From the NCBI RefSeq assembly GCF_902713425.1, contig NC_081214.1:10880641-10944640 (forward strand): DNA of 64,000 nucleotides. Reading direction: 5' to 3'. The position numbers and the translations under genes were made by a program. Positions 21,925 through 33,500 of this stretch are shown piece by piece (the stretch's first letter is position 1; each line of letters starts with the position of its first letter). The notes beneath the pieces are model-generated. The model was not told the DNA's origin and did not search any database. It saw nothing but the letters and a program-made list of their open reading frames with translations. The DNA is from Acipenser ruthenus. Lineage: Eukaryota.

Positions 21925-24806
21925 TCTGATACTGCGCTACGCTGCCTGTGTGTAGAGTTCTGATACTGCGCTACCCTGCCTTTGTGAAGAGTTCTGATAC
22001 TGTGCTACGCTGCCTGTGTGAAGAGTTTTGATACTGCGCTGCCTGTGTGTAGAGTTCTGATACTGCGCTACCCTGCCTGTGTGAAGAGTTCTGATACTGC
22101 GCTACCCTGCCTGTATGAAGAGTTCTGATACTGCGCTACGCTGCCTGTGTGTAGAGTTCTGATACTGCGCTACGCTGCCTGTGTGAAGAGTTCTGATACT
22201 GCGCTACCCTGCCTGTATGAAGAGTTCTGATACTGCGCTACCCTGCCTGTATGAAGAGTTCTGATACTGCGCTACGCTGCCTGTGTGTAGAGTTCTGATA
22301 CTGCGCTACGCTGCCTGTGTGAAGAGTTCTGATACTGCGCTACCCTGCCTGTATGAAGAGTTCTAATACTGTGCTACGCTGCCTGTGTGAAGAGTTCTGA
22401 TACTGCGCTGCCTGTGTGAAGAGTTCTGATACTGCGCTACGCTGCCTGTGTGTAGAGTTCTGATACTGCGCAACGCTGCCTGTGTGAAGAGTTCTGATAC
22501 TGCGCTACCCTGCCTGTATGAAGAGTTCTGATACTGCGCTACGCTGCCTGTGTGTAGAGTTCTGATACTACGCTGCCTGTGTGTAGAGTTCTGATACTGC
22601 GCTACCCTGCCTTTGTGAAGAGTTCTGATACTGTGCTACGCTGCCTGTGTGAAGAGTTTTGATACTGCGCTGCCTGTGTGTAGAGTTCTGATACTGCGCT
22701 ACGCTGCCTGTGTGAAGAGTTCTGATACTGCGCTACCCTGCCTGTATGAAGAGTTCTAATACTGCGCTACGCTGCCTGTGTGAAGAGTTCTGATACTGCG
22801 CTGCCTGTGTGAAGAGTTCTGATACTGCGCTACCCTGCCTTTGTGAAGAGTTCTGATACTGTGCTACGCTGCCTGTGTGAAGAGTTTTGATACTGCGCTG
22901 CCTGTGTGTAGAGTTCTGATACTGCGCTACGCTGCCTGTGTGAAGAGTTCTGATACTGCGCTACCCTGCCTGTATGAAGAGTTCTGATACTGCGCTACGC
23001 TGCCTGTGTGAAGAGTTCTGATACTGCGCTACGCTGCCTGTGTGTAGAGTTCTGATACTACGCTGCCTGTGTGTAGAGTTCTGATACTGCGCTACCCTGC
23101 CTTTGTGTAGAGTTCTGATACTGTGCTACGCTGCCTGTGTGAAGAGTTTTGATACTGCGCTGCCTGTGTGTAGAGTTCTGATACTGCGCTACGCTGCCTG
23201 TGTGAAGAGTTCTGATACTGCGCTACCCTGCCTGTATGAAGAGTTCTAATACTGCGCTACGCTGCCTGTGTGAAGAGTTCTGATACTGCGCTGCCTGTGT
23301 GAAGAGTTCTGATACTGCGCTACCCTGCCTGTATGAAGAGTTCTGATACTGCGCTACGCTGCCTGTGTGTAGAGTTCTGATACTACGCTGCCTGTGTGTA
23401 GAGTTCTGATACTGCGCTACCCTGCCTTTGTGAAGAGTTCTGATACTGTGCTACGCTGCCTGTGTGAAGAGTTTTGATACTGCGCTGCCTGTGTGTAGAG
23501 TTCTGATACTGCGCTACGCTGCCTGTGTGAAGAGTTCTGATACTGCGCTACCCTGCCTGTATGAAGAGTTCTAATACTGCGCTACGCTGCCTGTGTGAAG
23601 AGTTCTGATACTGCGCTGCCTGTGTGAAGAGTTCTGATACTGCGCTACCCTGCCTTTGTGAAGAGTTCTGATACTGTGCTACGCTGCCTGTGTGAAGAGT
23701 TTTGATACTGCGCTGCCTGTGTGTAGAGTTCTGATACTGCGCTACGCTGCCTGTGTGAAGAGTTCTGATACTGCGCTACCCTGCCTGTATGAAGAGTTCT
23801 AATACTGCGCTACGCTGCCTGTGTGAAGAGTTCTGATACTGCGCTGCCTGTGTGAAGAGTTCTGATACTGCGCTACCCTGCCTGTATGAAGAGTTCTGAT
23901 ACTGCGCTACGCTGCCTGTGTGTAGAGTTCTGATACTGCGCTACCCTGCCTGTATGAAGAGTTCTGATACTGCGCTACACTGCCTGTGTGGAGTTCTGAT
24001 ACTGTGCTATGCTGCCTGTGTGAAGAGTTCTGATACTGCGCTGCCTGTGTGAAGAGTTCTGATACTGCGCTACGCTGCCTGTGTGTAGAGTTCTGATACT
24101 GCGCAACGCTGCCTGTGTGAAGAGTTCTGATACTGCGCTACCCTGCCTGTATGAAGAGTTCTGATACTGCGCTACGCTGCCTGTGTGAAGAGTTCTGATA
24201 CTGCGCTACACTGCCTGTGTGAAGAGTTCTGATACTGCGCTACGCTGCCTGTGTGTAGAGTTCTGATACTGCGCAACGCTGCCTGTGTGTAGAGTTCTGA
24301 TACTGCACAACGCTGCCTGTGTGAAGAGTTCTGAAACTGCGCTACGCTGCCTGTGTGAAGAGTTCTAATACTGCGCTACGCTGCCTGTGTGAAGAGTTCT
24401 GATACTGCGCTACGCTGCCTGTGTGGAGTTCTGATACTGCGCTGCCTTTGTGAAGAGTTCTGATACTGCGCTACGCTGCCTGTGTGTAGAGTTCTGATAC
24501 TGCGCTACGCTGCCTGTGTGAAGAGTTCTAATACTGCGCTACGCTGCCTGTGTGGAGTTCTGATACTGCGCTACGCTGCCTGTATGAAGAGTTCTGATCC
24601 TGCGCTGCCTTTGTGAAGAGTTCTGATACTGCGCTACGCTGCCTGTGTGGAGTTCTGATACTGCGCTACGCTGCCTGTGTGAAGAGTTCTGATACTGCAC
24701 TACGCTGCCTGTATGAAGAGTTCTGATACTGCGCTGCCTGTATGAAGAGTTCTGATACTGTGCTGCCTGTATGAAGAGTTCTGATACTGCGCTACACTGC
24801 CTGTAT
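21925..24806. repeat. 34-bp minisatellite/satellite array, about 2.9 kb, about 85 units (ctgatactgcgctacgctgcctgtgtg[t/a]agagtt) with 30-bp deleted-unit variants
   Basis: Direct reading; recurring multi-unit blocks suggest higher-order periodicity. Confidence 0.95.
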
Positions 24807-25584
24807 GGTTTTGTGACACCGACGCCATTTTGTACGCATTATGGGAGCTTTAACAGGAGGACGGGGCTCGAGGTTAATCCAAAGTGCTGGAATGCGGAAG
24901 TAACTTTTTTATGATGAGTGACCATAATAAAGACATGAAGTTTTATAATATAATAATCAATTGAAATTGTGCAGTTTATTAATCGTTGGAAGTCAGTTTC
25001 GGTATTTAATTTAAGAATCGGTAATTAACCGTATTTTTGATTAATCGCTCATCACTAGCGCCCGTAAAATTTGGAGTACAAACATGCAGAATTACAAACG
25101 TCGATTCCATTTACACTCTACATATCGTAATGCTTTTTATATTTTTGCCAACATACAATTGCCATTGTTATTGCAAATGTATGGATTTTAGTACTGATTA
25201 ATTCTATATTAGAAATATTAATTAATATTTGGAGATATGAATTTGGTTTGCAATACAATCCACAGAGAGCTTGTTTGTTTTGATGCAGTATTTACAGGTA
25301 GGGTACTCTACTTTGATGCAATGTTTACAGGGAGGGTACCCTATTAGTGGTTGGTTGTGTGGGAAAGGAGGAAACACTGCCTAATTTAGGAAAGCCACAA
25401 GAACAACCTGTGCTTTAGGCCAATGATTACCAGCTGTATATTTTCATGTATAAAGAAAGGAATAATCCCATTAAAAGGAAGAAATGGTGAACATACTTGA
25501 AAATAAATGCTAGTCAGTTAACCCCACAATTTCTTTTGCAGGTGATGTAGAAGTGGAAAGACTTGATATTTGCCCCCACTTCAG

Positions 25585-25700
25585 AGGAAGCTGTAAAGGC
25601 CTATGAGCTTTTTATAAAGGATCTTCAAGATAAGGATTTCCAGCAGCAGACAAAATTGTCAGCAGAACTGAATCTTTTAGCTTCTGAGAAAGTTAAGAAG
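25585..25700 (+). CDS. parp4: PARP4-like exon (regulatory/helical region; ...EEAVKAYELFIKDLQDKDFQQQTKLSAELNLLASEKVKK)
   Basis: Acceptor cacttcag|, donor aag|gtctgc; resembles vertebrate PARP4 DASEYFENYIEELKKQGF...QLASEQLQ (alignment from memory). Confidence 0.5.
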
Positions 25701-26315
25701 GTCTGCATTAGAATACAAGTTAGACATGCTTGACATTCTAAGCAAATCATACCTAATTATAATGTAAGAAGTTGGGGGAGGGGGGGAACGTAGTTGGACT
25801 GGCCATGGGGGGAGGAGGGGTGGAGTGGAGTTGGACTGTACAATGTTATATTGATAATGACAAACAGGCCATCTTTTGGCTGAGATCTTTAGGCCACCCA
25901 ATTGTCAAGAAATTGGCTTTTTCAGCCCTTTCAAAAGGCGGTAGGATTAGCACTGAAACTTGGTATGCAGTAGAAGGGCTTTAAAATAGAGGCTGGCATG
26001 TATGCCGTTGTAGTAAAAAGCTTTGAAAGCCAACCTCACTGGAAAATTATTATTAGCCTGGATGAAGCCATCTTGCCCCTCTCTTACAAACTGAACATTC
26101 TGTCTAATGTGAGGCAAATGTATTCATTGTGTTTTATGAGGTTTTCAGTTGTCCACCACAAATACAGGTATTGAAAGTATTTTAGTGGGATCGACATTTC
26201 TTACCCAGTTGTGAACATACTGTATATTTGTACTTCCAACATGTGAGACATTGTACTTCTAGAATGGCTCAATTTAACAGTATCTTCATGCCTGGGGTTC
26301 CACTCAGTGCTTGAG

Positions 26316-26510
26316 CGTGCTTGTTTAATAGATAGAACATGCTTGTTTAATAGATAGAGCGTGCTTGTTTAATAGATAGAGTGTGCTTGTTTAATAGATA
26401 GAGCGTGCTTGTTTAATAGATAGAGCGTGCTTGTTTAATAGATAGAGCGTGCTTGTTTAATAGATAGAGCGTGCTTGTTTAATAGATAGAGCGTGCTTGT
26501 TTAATAGATA
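26316..26510. repeat. 22-bp tandem repeat x9 (gcttgtttaatagatagagcgt)
   Basis: Direct reading. Confidence 0.95.
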
Positions 26511-27775
26511 AAGAAAAAGAATCGACTACTCGAAGTTACTTTTTGTTTATTCGGAAGCTACTTTTGCACAAAAAAAAACTACAAGATATGAGCAATACTT
26601 TCAGAAACATCTTAAACGTAAACTATCACCTGCCCATGTTTCGACAACAAATATCTTAAAGAATTTAAACTGCTTAATGGCTGCTTTTGTATTATGTATA
26701 TACTGTTTAAATATTTAAATGGTCTGATTGTGGCAGTTGTATGTGTGACATGTGTGACAGACAAGTAAGTGGGGGAGACCCAAAAACCGGAGATCCAGAC
26801 AGGAGTTTCTCAAAGAATGGACTGTATGGTCCAGGTAAGTTTATTATTTACACAAAAAATAAACAAACAAACAAAAAAATAATATGCCTAGCCCTGTTCG
26901 GGCCTAACTGACTTTCTTCTTTGTCCCCCTCTACACAGTGAAATCAACAAACACCGCTCCACAAGGTCCAACACTTCCTGCGTTGCTGAGATGATCGTTC
27001 CAGACCTCCCAGATGTGAAGAAGGCGGGCTTTCTGGTTTCCCCACCAGAAATAGTGTTCAACAAAATAAAGTTTCTTTTTTAAAGTCTCTCACGTGTCCG
27101 TGTGGTTATTTTTATATTCAATCACATGCCTTCAGGTTTACCTCTCACTCCCACTCGTTATATTAGTTTAACTTTCCCACACTGTAGCAAATTAACATTG
27201 GCGATTTCATTCCCCCGCCAATTTAACTAAAAAAAAAACAAATTGCATAAACTGCAGCAGTCCTGAATCACATACCCCTTTCAAGCTTGCAACAGGCTGT
27301 GGTATTCCAGTTTTATTCCAAGCAAACTGGAGTCTGGAGTCTGTTCCCTGCGGCAACCTCCCACAAACTGCCCTGACTCCCTCAGCTTGCCTCCTTATAT
27401 ACCCAGGAGTGCCCGCCCATCCTGTCTCTGCCACGGAGGCTCCTGGGACATGTAGTTTTTTTTCTTTTTTTTTTTTTTTACTCTCGGACAGCCATTTTAA
27501 AAAGCAACAAAGTCTAGCTTCATCACACATGCTGTACAAATGCATTGTGGTTTGTTCTTTTTTCTGCTATGTACTGCACAGTGCTTTGCAATACTTTTGT
27601 TTAAAAAGCGCTATATAACTGCAATAAATAAAATAAATAAAATAGTACAGAACTAAGGACAAAGTGTTCCTTTGTCTAACAAGACCAGACAGACCTGTAT
27701 AATAATATAATAGGTGAAAATCAACTCTTAACTCTTTTGCCAAGTTACCAGTAATTCCTATTGTCTTTAATGTGG

Positions 27776-27916
27776 CAACTACTTCTTGAAGAAGCTCTGA
27801 GCAGCAGCAGCATCTCCCAGGAAGTCGCTGTTTTTGTGGAGCTGATCTGGACTGAAGCCCTTGGTTGCTTTGATGATGTGCTTGCCAGTCCTGTCAATAG
27901 CATCAGTCCCAATGAT
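27776..27916 (+). CDS. parp4: PARP4-like exon (QLLLEEALSSSSISQEVAVFVELIWTEALGCFDDVLASPVNSISPND); 5' boundary unresolved
   Basis: Matches PARP4 ALLLEEVMNSSTLSQEVSDLVEMIWAEALGHLEHMLLKPVNRISLND. Donor gat|gtaagt at 27916/17. No canonical in-frame AG acceptor was found upstream (in-frame TAA at 27752-27754). Confidence 0.5.
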
Positions 27917-28334
27917 GTAAGTTTACTCTATATACTATACTTCCATAGTTCTGTGAGTAATGACAATTCTAAACATAACTTGGCTTTAATAGTAAGATCT
28001 ATCTGTAAAAAGCCTGAATGGCAAAGTGTAAAATTCATTCAGAATTTATTTTGAAATAATGTGAAACGAATACGTTAGCATGTCTCTACAGTTATACTAT
28101 CTGTTATGGTATCCATCTACATATCAGCACATGCTTTTGTTTTGTGACTCTCCCTAATGTTCAGTTCAGTTGCTATGCTCTCTGTTTATGTGCCTATTAA
28201 TTTTGTCCATTGATTGTTTTCCTCTTGGTATGGCAATAGAAGATGTATGGGAATGTTTATGAGTTTGACGCTTTGAGGTGGATAGTGTTTCAAAGCAGGG
28301 CTTTCTACACACAGTGTGTCATACCCCTCCTCAG

Positions 28335-28533
28335 GTGAGCAGGGCCGAAGGCATTCTCTTGCAGGCACGGAAAGCCATGGATGAAGGAGTTGATCAGAAC
28401 GGGTTAAGAGGCATCATGTTCGAGTTCTACACAATCCTGCAACATAAACACGGGATGGACTTTACCTTTACATTACATTACTTTACTTTACATTACCAAG
28501 AAGATGATCTCTACAAAACATGACCTCTGCCAG
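28335..28533 (+). CDS. parp4: PARP4-like exon (VSRAEGILLQARKAMDEGVDQNGLRGIMFEFYTILQHKHG...KKMISTKHDLCQ) with internal +1 frame disruption
   Basis: Acceptor ctcag|, donor gccag|gtacat. The 5' part matches VSKAEGILLLVKAALKNGETAEQLQKMMTEFYRLIPHKG. The 3' end matches ...KKADLCQ only in the +1 frame. The exon is 199 nt and carries about 22 extra nt of a tttac/attac pentamer run at about 28460-28495. Confidence 0.55.
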
Positions 28534-28642
28534 GTACATTTTTCTCCTGATTGGCCGGACAAAAAGCTGTTATAAAGACTGAATCCAATTACCAGACCTC
28601 TTTTTAAGAGTAGATACAATGAAACAATCTTGAAAATGTAAC

Positions 28643-29057
28643 ATTGATCAGACTCCTTCTCTTCTTGTATGTGCTGAGCAGTATTGATCAGACTTCTTCT
28701 CTTCTTGTATGTGCTGAGCAGTATTGATCAGACTCATCCTCTTCTTGTATGTGCTTAGCAGTATTGATCAGACTCATCCTCTTGTATGTGCTGAGCGGTA
28801 TTGATCAGACTCCTTCTCTTCTTGTATGTGCTGAGCAGTATTGATCAGACTCCTTCTCTTCTTGTATGTACTGAGCAGTATTGATCAGACTCCTTCTCTT
28901 CTTGTATGTGCTGAGCAGTATTGATCAGACTCATCCTCTTCTTGTATCTGCTGAGCAGTATTGATCAGACTCCTTCTCTTCTTGTATGTGCTGAGCAGTA
29001 TTGATCAGACTCCTTCTCTTCTTGTATGTGCTGAGCAGTATTGATCAGACTCCTTCT
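28643..29057. repeat. 40-bp minisatellite (cagtattgatcagactccttctcttcttgtatgtgctgag), 5' part; split by the CR1 insertion
   Basis: About 10 tandem units; the same array resumes at 32091. Confidence 0.95.
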
Positions 29058-29402
29058 GGAAATACAAAATCAAAATGCATGGCTGAAATCGTGGTGCACA
29101 CAGGAAGGCTTCACCTTTCTTGAACATTGGAGCACTTTCTACAACAAGGACTATCTATACAGGTGGGACGGACTGCACTTAAACAGAAAGGGAACCAATC
29201 TACTCGGAGAAAGGATCCTTCATGCGGTCCAGAAGCATTTAAACTAGAAAGGAAGGGGGGAGAAAACAAAAAAACAGAAGGGAGACCACATCAAAACAAG
29301 GGCAACAATAAGACCACTATTAAATGTATCTATCTTAATGCTAGAAGTCTCAGAAACAAAATGTGAGAACTTGAAGCTACTGCACTAACAAGTAACTACG
29401 AT

Positions 29403-29789
29403 GTGATAGGTGTTACAGAAACTTGGTTGTCTGAGAGTGATGGAGACGAATATAATATTAGTGGGTACAAACTATATAGGAAAGACAGGCAGGACAGAAG
29501 AGGCGGAGGGGTAGCGCTATACATAAGAAATAGTCTTGAAGACCAGGTGTTAAATCTGGACAAAGAAAACAATGCAGAATCAATATGGGTCAGAAAAATG
29601 GACACAAATTCAAAGGGCATAATAATAGGAGCATGTTATAGACCGCCAAATTCAGACACCGAGCAAAATAATCTGTTATACAATGACATTCGAAATACGT
29701 GTAGAAAAGGAGAAGCCATACTAATGGGGGATTTCAACCTCCCCCGTATAAAATGGGAAAACCCGATGGGGGGCACGACTGCTTCCTAA
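29403..29789 (+). pseudogene. CR1 ORF2 apurinic-endonuclease domain (frameshifted relative to RT)
   Basis: IGVTETWLSESDGDEYNISGYKLYRKDRQDRRGGGVALYIRNSLE...MGDFNLP. Confidence 0.8.
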
Positions 29790-30450
29790 CACAATTTGTC
29801 AAGGCACCGAGTAGAGGGGAGGCATGCCTTGATTTAGTCTTTTCAAATAATGAAGACAGAATAACTAAAACAGAGGTCAGAGAGCCATTGGCAAACTCAG
29901 ACCACAACATGGTCTAATTTGAAATATTTTTAAAAACCCCAAAAGTAATGACTAAAGCTAAGGTTTACAATTTTAGAAAAGCAAACTATGAAGGTATGAA
30001 ATGGAGACTAACAGAAGTAGATTGGAGTAAAATAGAGAAAACATCCACAGAAAAAGGATGGCTGTTTTTTAAAAATGTAGTACTAGAGGCACAAAACAAT
30101 TACATCCCAAAAGTAGACAAATCTAAATCTAAAACAAAATGGCCAAAATGGTTTAATAGATCAATTAAAAAAATATTCAGCATAAAAAGGCACTTTACAG
30201 AGCATTTAAAAGGGACCAAAAACAAAGTACACAGAAAGAGTACTTGGAACTGCAAACACAAGTCAAAAAGGAAGTTAGAAAGGCCAAGAGAGAGAGATAG
30301 AAATCAATATTGCTAAGGGGGCTAAAACCAATTCGAAAATATTTTTCCAATATTATAACAGCAAGAGAACATTCAAAGAGGAGGTTAAATGTCTAAGAGA
30401 CACAAATGGCAAAATCATAGATGAAGAAAAAAAAATAGCAAATATATTAA

Positions 30451-31842
30451 ATGATTACTTTTCACAGGTTTTTACAAAGGAGGACACGGACAACATGCCC
30501 GACATGTCGACATGTCGGTCTAGGAGCTCTTAAAATAAACAAATCCCCTGGGCCAGATGAGATCCTCCCAATAGTACTCAAAGAAATGAAAGAAGTTATT
30601 TACAAACCGCTAACCAAGATCATGCAACAGTCTCTTGACACAGGGGTTGTACCGACAGACTGGAAAATAGCAAACGTAATTCCGATCCACAAAAAGGGAG
30701 ACAAAACCGAACCAGGTAACTACAGACCAATAAGCCTGACTTCTATTATATGTAAACTTATGGAAACTATAATAAGATCCAAAATGGAAAATTACCTGTA
30801 TGGTAACAATATCCTGGGAGACAGCCAGCATGGTTTTAGGAAAGGGAGATCGTGTCTAACTAACCTACTGGACTTTTTTGAGGATGCAACATTGAAAATG
30901 GATAACTGCAAAGCATACAACATGGTTTATTTAGATTTCCAGAAAGCTTTTGACAAAGTCCCGCACAAAAGATTAATTCTCAAACTGAACGCAGTAGGGA
31001 TTCAAGGAAATGCATGCACATGGATTAGGGAGTGGTTAACAGGTAGAAAACAGAAAGTACTGATTAGAGGAGAAACCTCAAAATGGAGTGAGGTAACCAG
31101 TGGTGTACCACAGGGATCAGTATTAGGTCCTCTGCTATTCCTAATCTACATTAATGATTTAGATTCTGGTATAGTAAGCAAACTCGTTAAATTTGCAGAC
31201 GACACAAAAATAGGAGGAGTGGCAAACACTGCTGAAGCAGCAAAGGTCATTCAAAATGATCTAGACAGCATTCAGAATTGGGCAGACACATGGCAAATTA
31301 AATTTAATAGAGAAAAGTGTAAAGTATTGCATGCGGGCAATAAAAATGTGCATTATAAATATCATATGGGAGATAGTGAAATTGAAGAAGGGAACCATGA
31401 AAAAGGCCTAGGAGTTTATGTTGACTCAGAAATGTCTTCATCTAGACAATGTGGGGAAGCTATAGAAAAGGCTAACAAGATGCTTGGATATATTGTGAGA
31501 AGTGATGAATTTAAATCAACAGAAGTAATGTTAAAACTCTACAATGCATTAGTAAGACCTCACCTAGAATATTGTGTTCAGTTCTGGTCACCTCGTTACA
31601 AAAAGGATATTGCTGCTCTAGAAAGAAAGAGAGTGCAAAGAAGAGCAACCAGAATTATCCCGGGTTTAAAAGGCATGTCGTATGCAGACAGGCTAAAAGA
31701 ATTGAGTCTATTCAGTCTTGAACAAAGAAGACTACGCGGTGATCTGATTCAAACATTCAAAATCCTAAACGGTATAGACAATATCAACCCAGGGGACTTC
31801 TTTGACCTGAAAAAAGAAACAAGGACCAGGGGTCACAAATAG
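30451..31842 (+). pseudogene. CR1 ORF2 reverse transcriptase domain, 463-aa open segment
   Basis: RT motifs as above; the upstream in-frame region is interrupted. Confidence 0.85.
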
Positions 31843-32090
31843 AGATTATATAAAGGGGCATTCAGAACAGAAAATAGGAGGCACTTTTTTACACATAGAA
31901 TTGTGAGGGTCTGGAACCAACTCCCCAGTAATGTTGTTGAAGCTGACATCCTGGGATCCTTCAAGAAGCTGCTTGATGAGATTCTGAGATCAATAAGCTA
32001 CTAACAACCAAACGAGCAAGATGGGCTAAATGGCCTCCTCTCGTTTGTAAACTGTCTTATGTTCTTATGTTCTTATGTTCTTATGTTCTT

Positions 32091-32386
32091 TCTCTTCTTG
32101 TATGTGCTGAGCAGTATTGATCAGACTCCTTCTTGTATGTGATGAGCAGTATTGATCAGACTCCTTCTCTTGTATGTGCTGAGCAGTATTGATCAGACTC
32201 CTTCTCTTCTTGTATGTGCTGAGCAGTATTGATCAGACTCCTCCTCTTCTTGTATGTGCTGAGCAGTATTGATCAGACTCATCCTCTTCTTGTATGTGCT
32301 GAGCAGTATTGATCAGACTCATCCTTTTCTTGTATGTGCTGAGCAGTATTGATCAGACTCCTTCTCTTCTTGTATGTGCTGAGCAG
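32091..32386. repeat. 40-bp minisatellite, 3' part (continuation after the CR1 insertion)
   Basis: Same unit as 28643-29057. Confidence 0.95.
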
Positions 32387-32447
32387 TTATTTTACTGTGC
32401 ATTGCATTCTATGATCTTGTCTATCTTTGCCCTGTGCTTTCCTGTAG

Positions 32448-32608
32448 TTAATTCGAGACATTGTCAATGCAAGTGAAGCCACTCTATGGAGCCTCACACC
32501 GTCTTCGCTTGCTAAATACCAGGCCCTGAGGTGCAGTGTGGAGCATGTAGCCCCAAACATTGAAGAGTTTTCTACCATTAAGGTGCTTCTAATGCATAGG
32601 AATGAAAG
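32448..32608 (+). CDS. parp4: PARP4-like exon (LIRDIVNASEATLWSLTPSSLAKYQALRCSVEHVAPNIEEFSTIKVLLMHRNE)
   Basis: Acceptor cctgtag|, donor gaaag|gtaaag; matches PARP4 LIRDMVNVCETNLSKPNPPSLAKYRALRCKIEHVEQNTEEFLRVRKEVLQNHHSK; ends in phase 2. Confidence 0.7.
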
Positions 32609-32648
32609 GTAAAGTGAATATATTTTCCAAACATATATTATATCTACA

Positions 32649-32649
<1 letters not shown>

Positions 32650-32685
<36 letters not shown>

Positions 32686-32690
32686 AAAGG
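32650..32690. repeat. (GT)n(AT)n compound microsatellite
   Basis: Direct reading. Confidence 0.9.
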
Positions 32691-32699
32691 GCAATCCCA

Positions 32700-33500
32700 A
32701 AGGGTCTAGGAATAAGAATACGAAGAATATGCTCAAAAGAAAGTGACTATGTAAACAAAGAAATGTATTAAAAACAAATCTTAAAAAAAGAGGATACAAA
32801 GAAAGAATTATAGAGACGGAGTTAAGAAAAGTGGATAAACTAAAAAGAGATGATCTACTAGATTATAAAAATAGAGATAAAAAGGTCAAAAGAGTCCCAT
32901 TAATAATGACTTACTCTAAACTTTTGCCCAATATTTCTAAAATAGTTTGGAAACACATGCGGATTCTACATAATTCAGAAAAATTAAAAAAGTATTTCTT
33001 AAGGCCCCAGTTGTAGCATTCAAAAGAGAAGCTAATTTAGGTGGTATTTTAGTTCACAGTAAACATAAAAGAATAATTGACAAAATAGGTTCTACGAACA
33101 TGTGCACTGTAGATGTAAAGTGTACATAGACAAAAGTAAAAATATAATTAAACATAAGAACACCACATATCCACTAAAAACTAATACCTACTGTAAAAAT
33201 AGCAATGTTGTTTATGGAATAGCCTGTGAAAAATGTGATGAAATCAAATATGTTGGAGAGACTGGAACTACTTTATATAAAAGAATTGAGAACCACCTTT
33301 CATTAATTAGAAATAAAAAAAATGAATGAACCAATAGTACAGCACTTCACCAGTCAGGGACATGACATAAATGATGTAAAGTTTGTAGTATTAGAACAGC
33401 TCAAATTAGACAATGCGACATATAGAAGAATAAAAGAAAGTAAATGGATAAATAGACTGAACACGATTATGCCAGCGGGACTCAACAGAAAAGAATGAAC
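32700..33500 (+). mobile_element. Penelope-like element (PLE) 3' fragment with GIY-YIG endonuclease domain
   Basis: ORF 33102-33329: ...NVVYGIACEKCDEIKYVGETGTTLYKRIENHLSLIR (GIY-YIG), followed by HFTSQGHDINDVKFVVLEQ...KWINRLNTIMPAGLN (PLE EN C-terminus). Confidence 0.7.

Larger units (their letters stand above)
29058..32090 (+). mobile_element. CR1-like LINE, near full-length (about 3.0 kb, 5'-truncated ORF1 region; ORF2 APE and RT with frameshifts), ending in (cttatgtt)4 octamer microsatellite
   Basis: APE ORF 29403-29789; RT ORF 30451-31842 (463 aa: PISLTSIICKLMETII...YLDFQKAFDKVPH...FADDTKI...LEYCVQFWSP...RRATRIIPGL); 8-bp repeat tail typical of CR1 at 32056-32090; inserted within the 40-bp minisatellite. 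Confidence 0.9.

Noticed and set aside
27207-27618. ORFs near a poly-T/poly-A tract around 27.45 kb
   Set aside because: They are low-complexity read-through of A/T homopolymers with no homology or splice context.
21925-29057. Regular direct-repeat arrays that might suggest CRISPR
   Set aside because: The sequence is eukaryotic, with spliced exons and retroelements. The units are contiguous with no unique spacers, so these are minisatellites.
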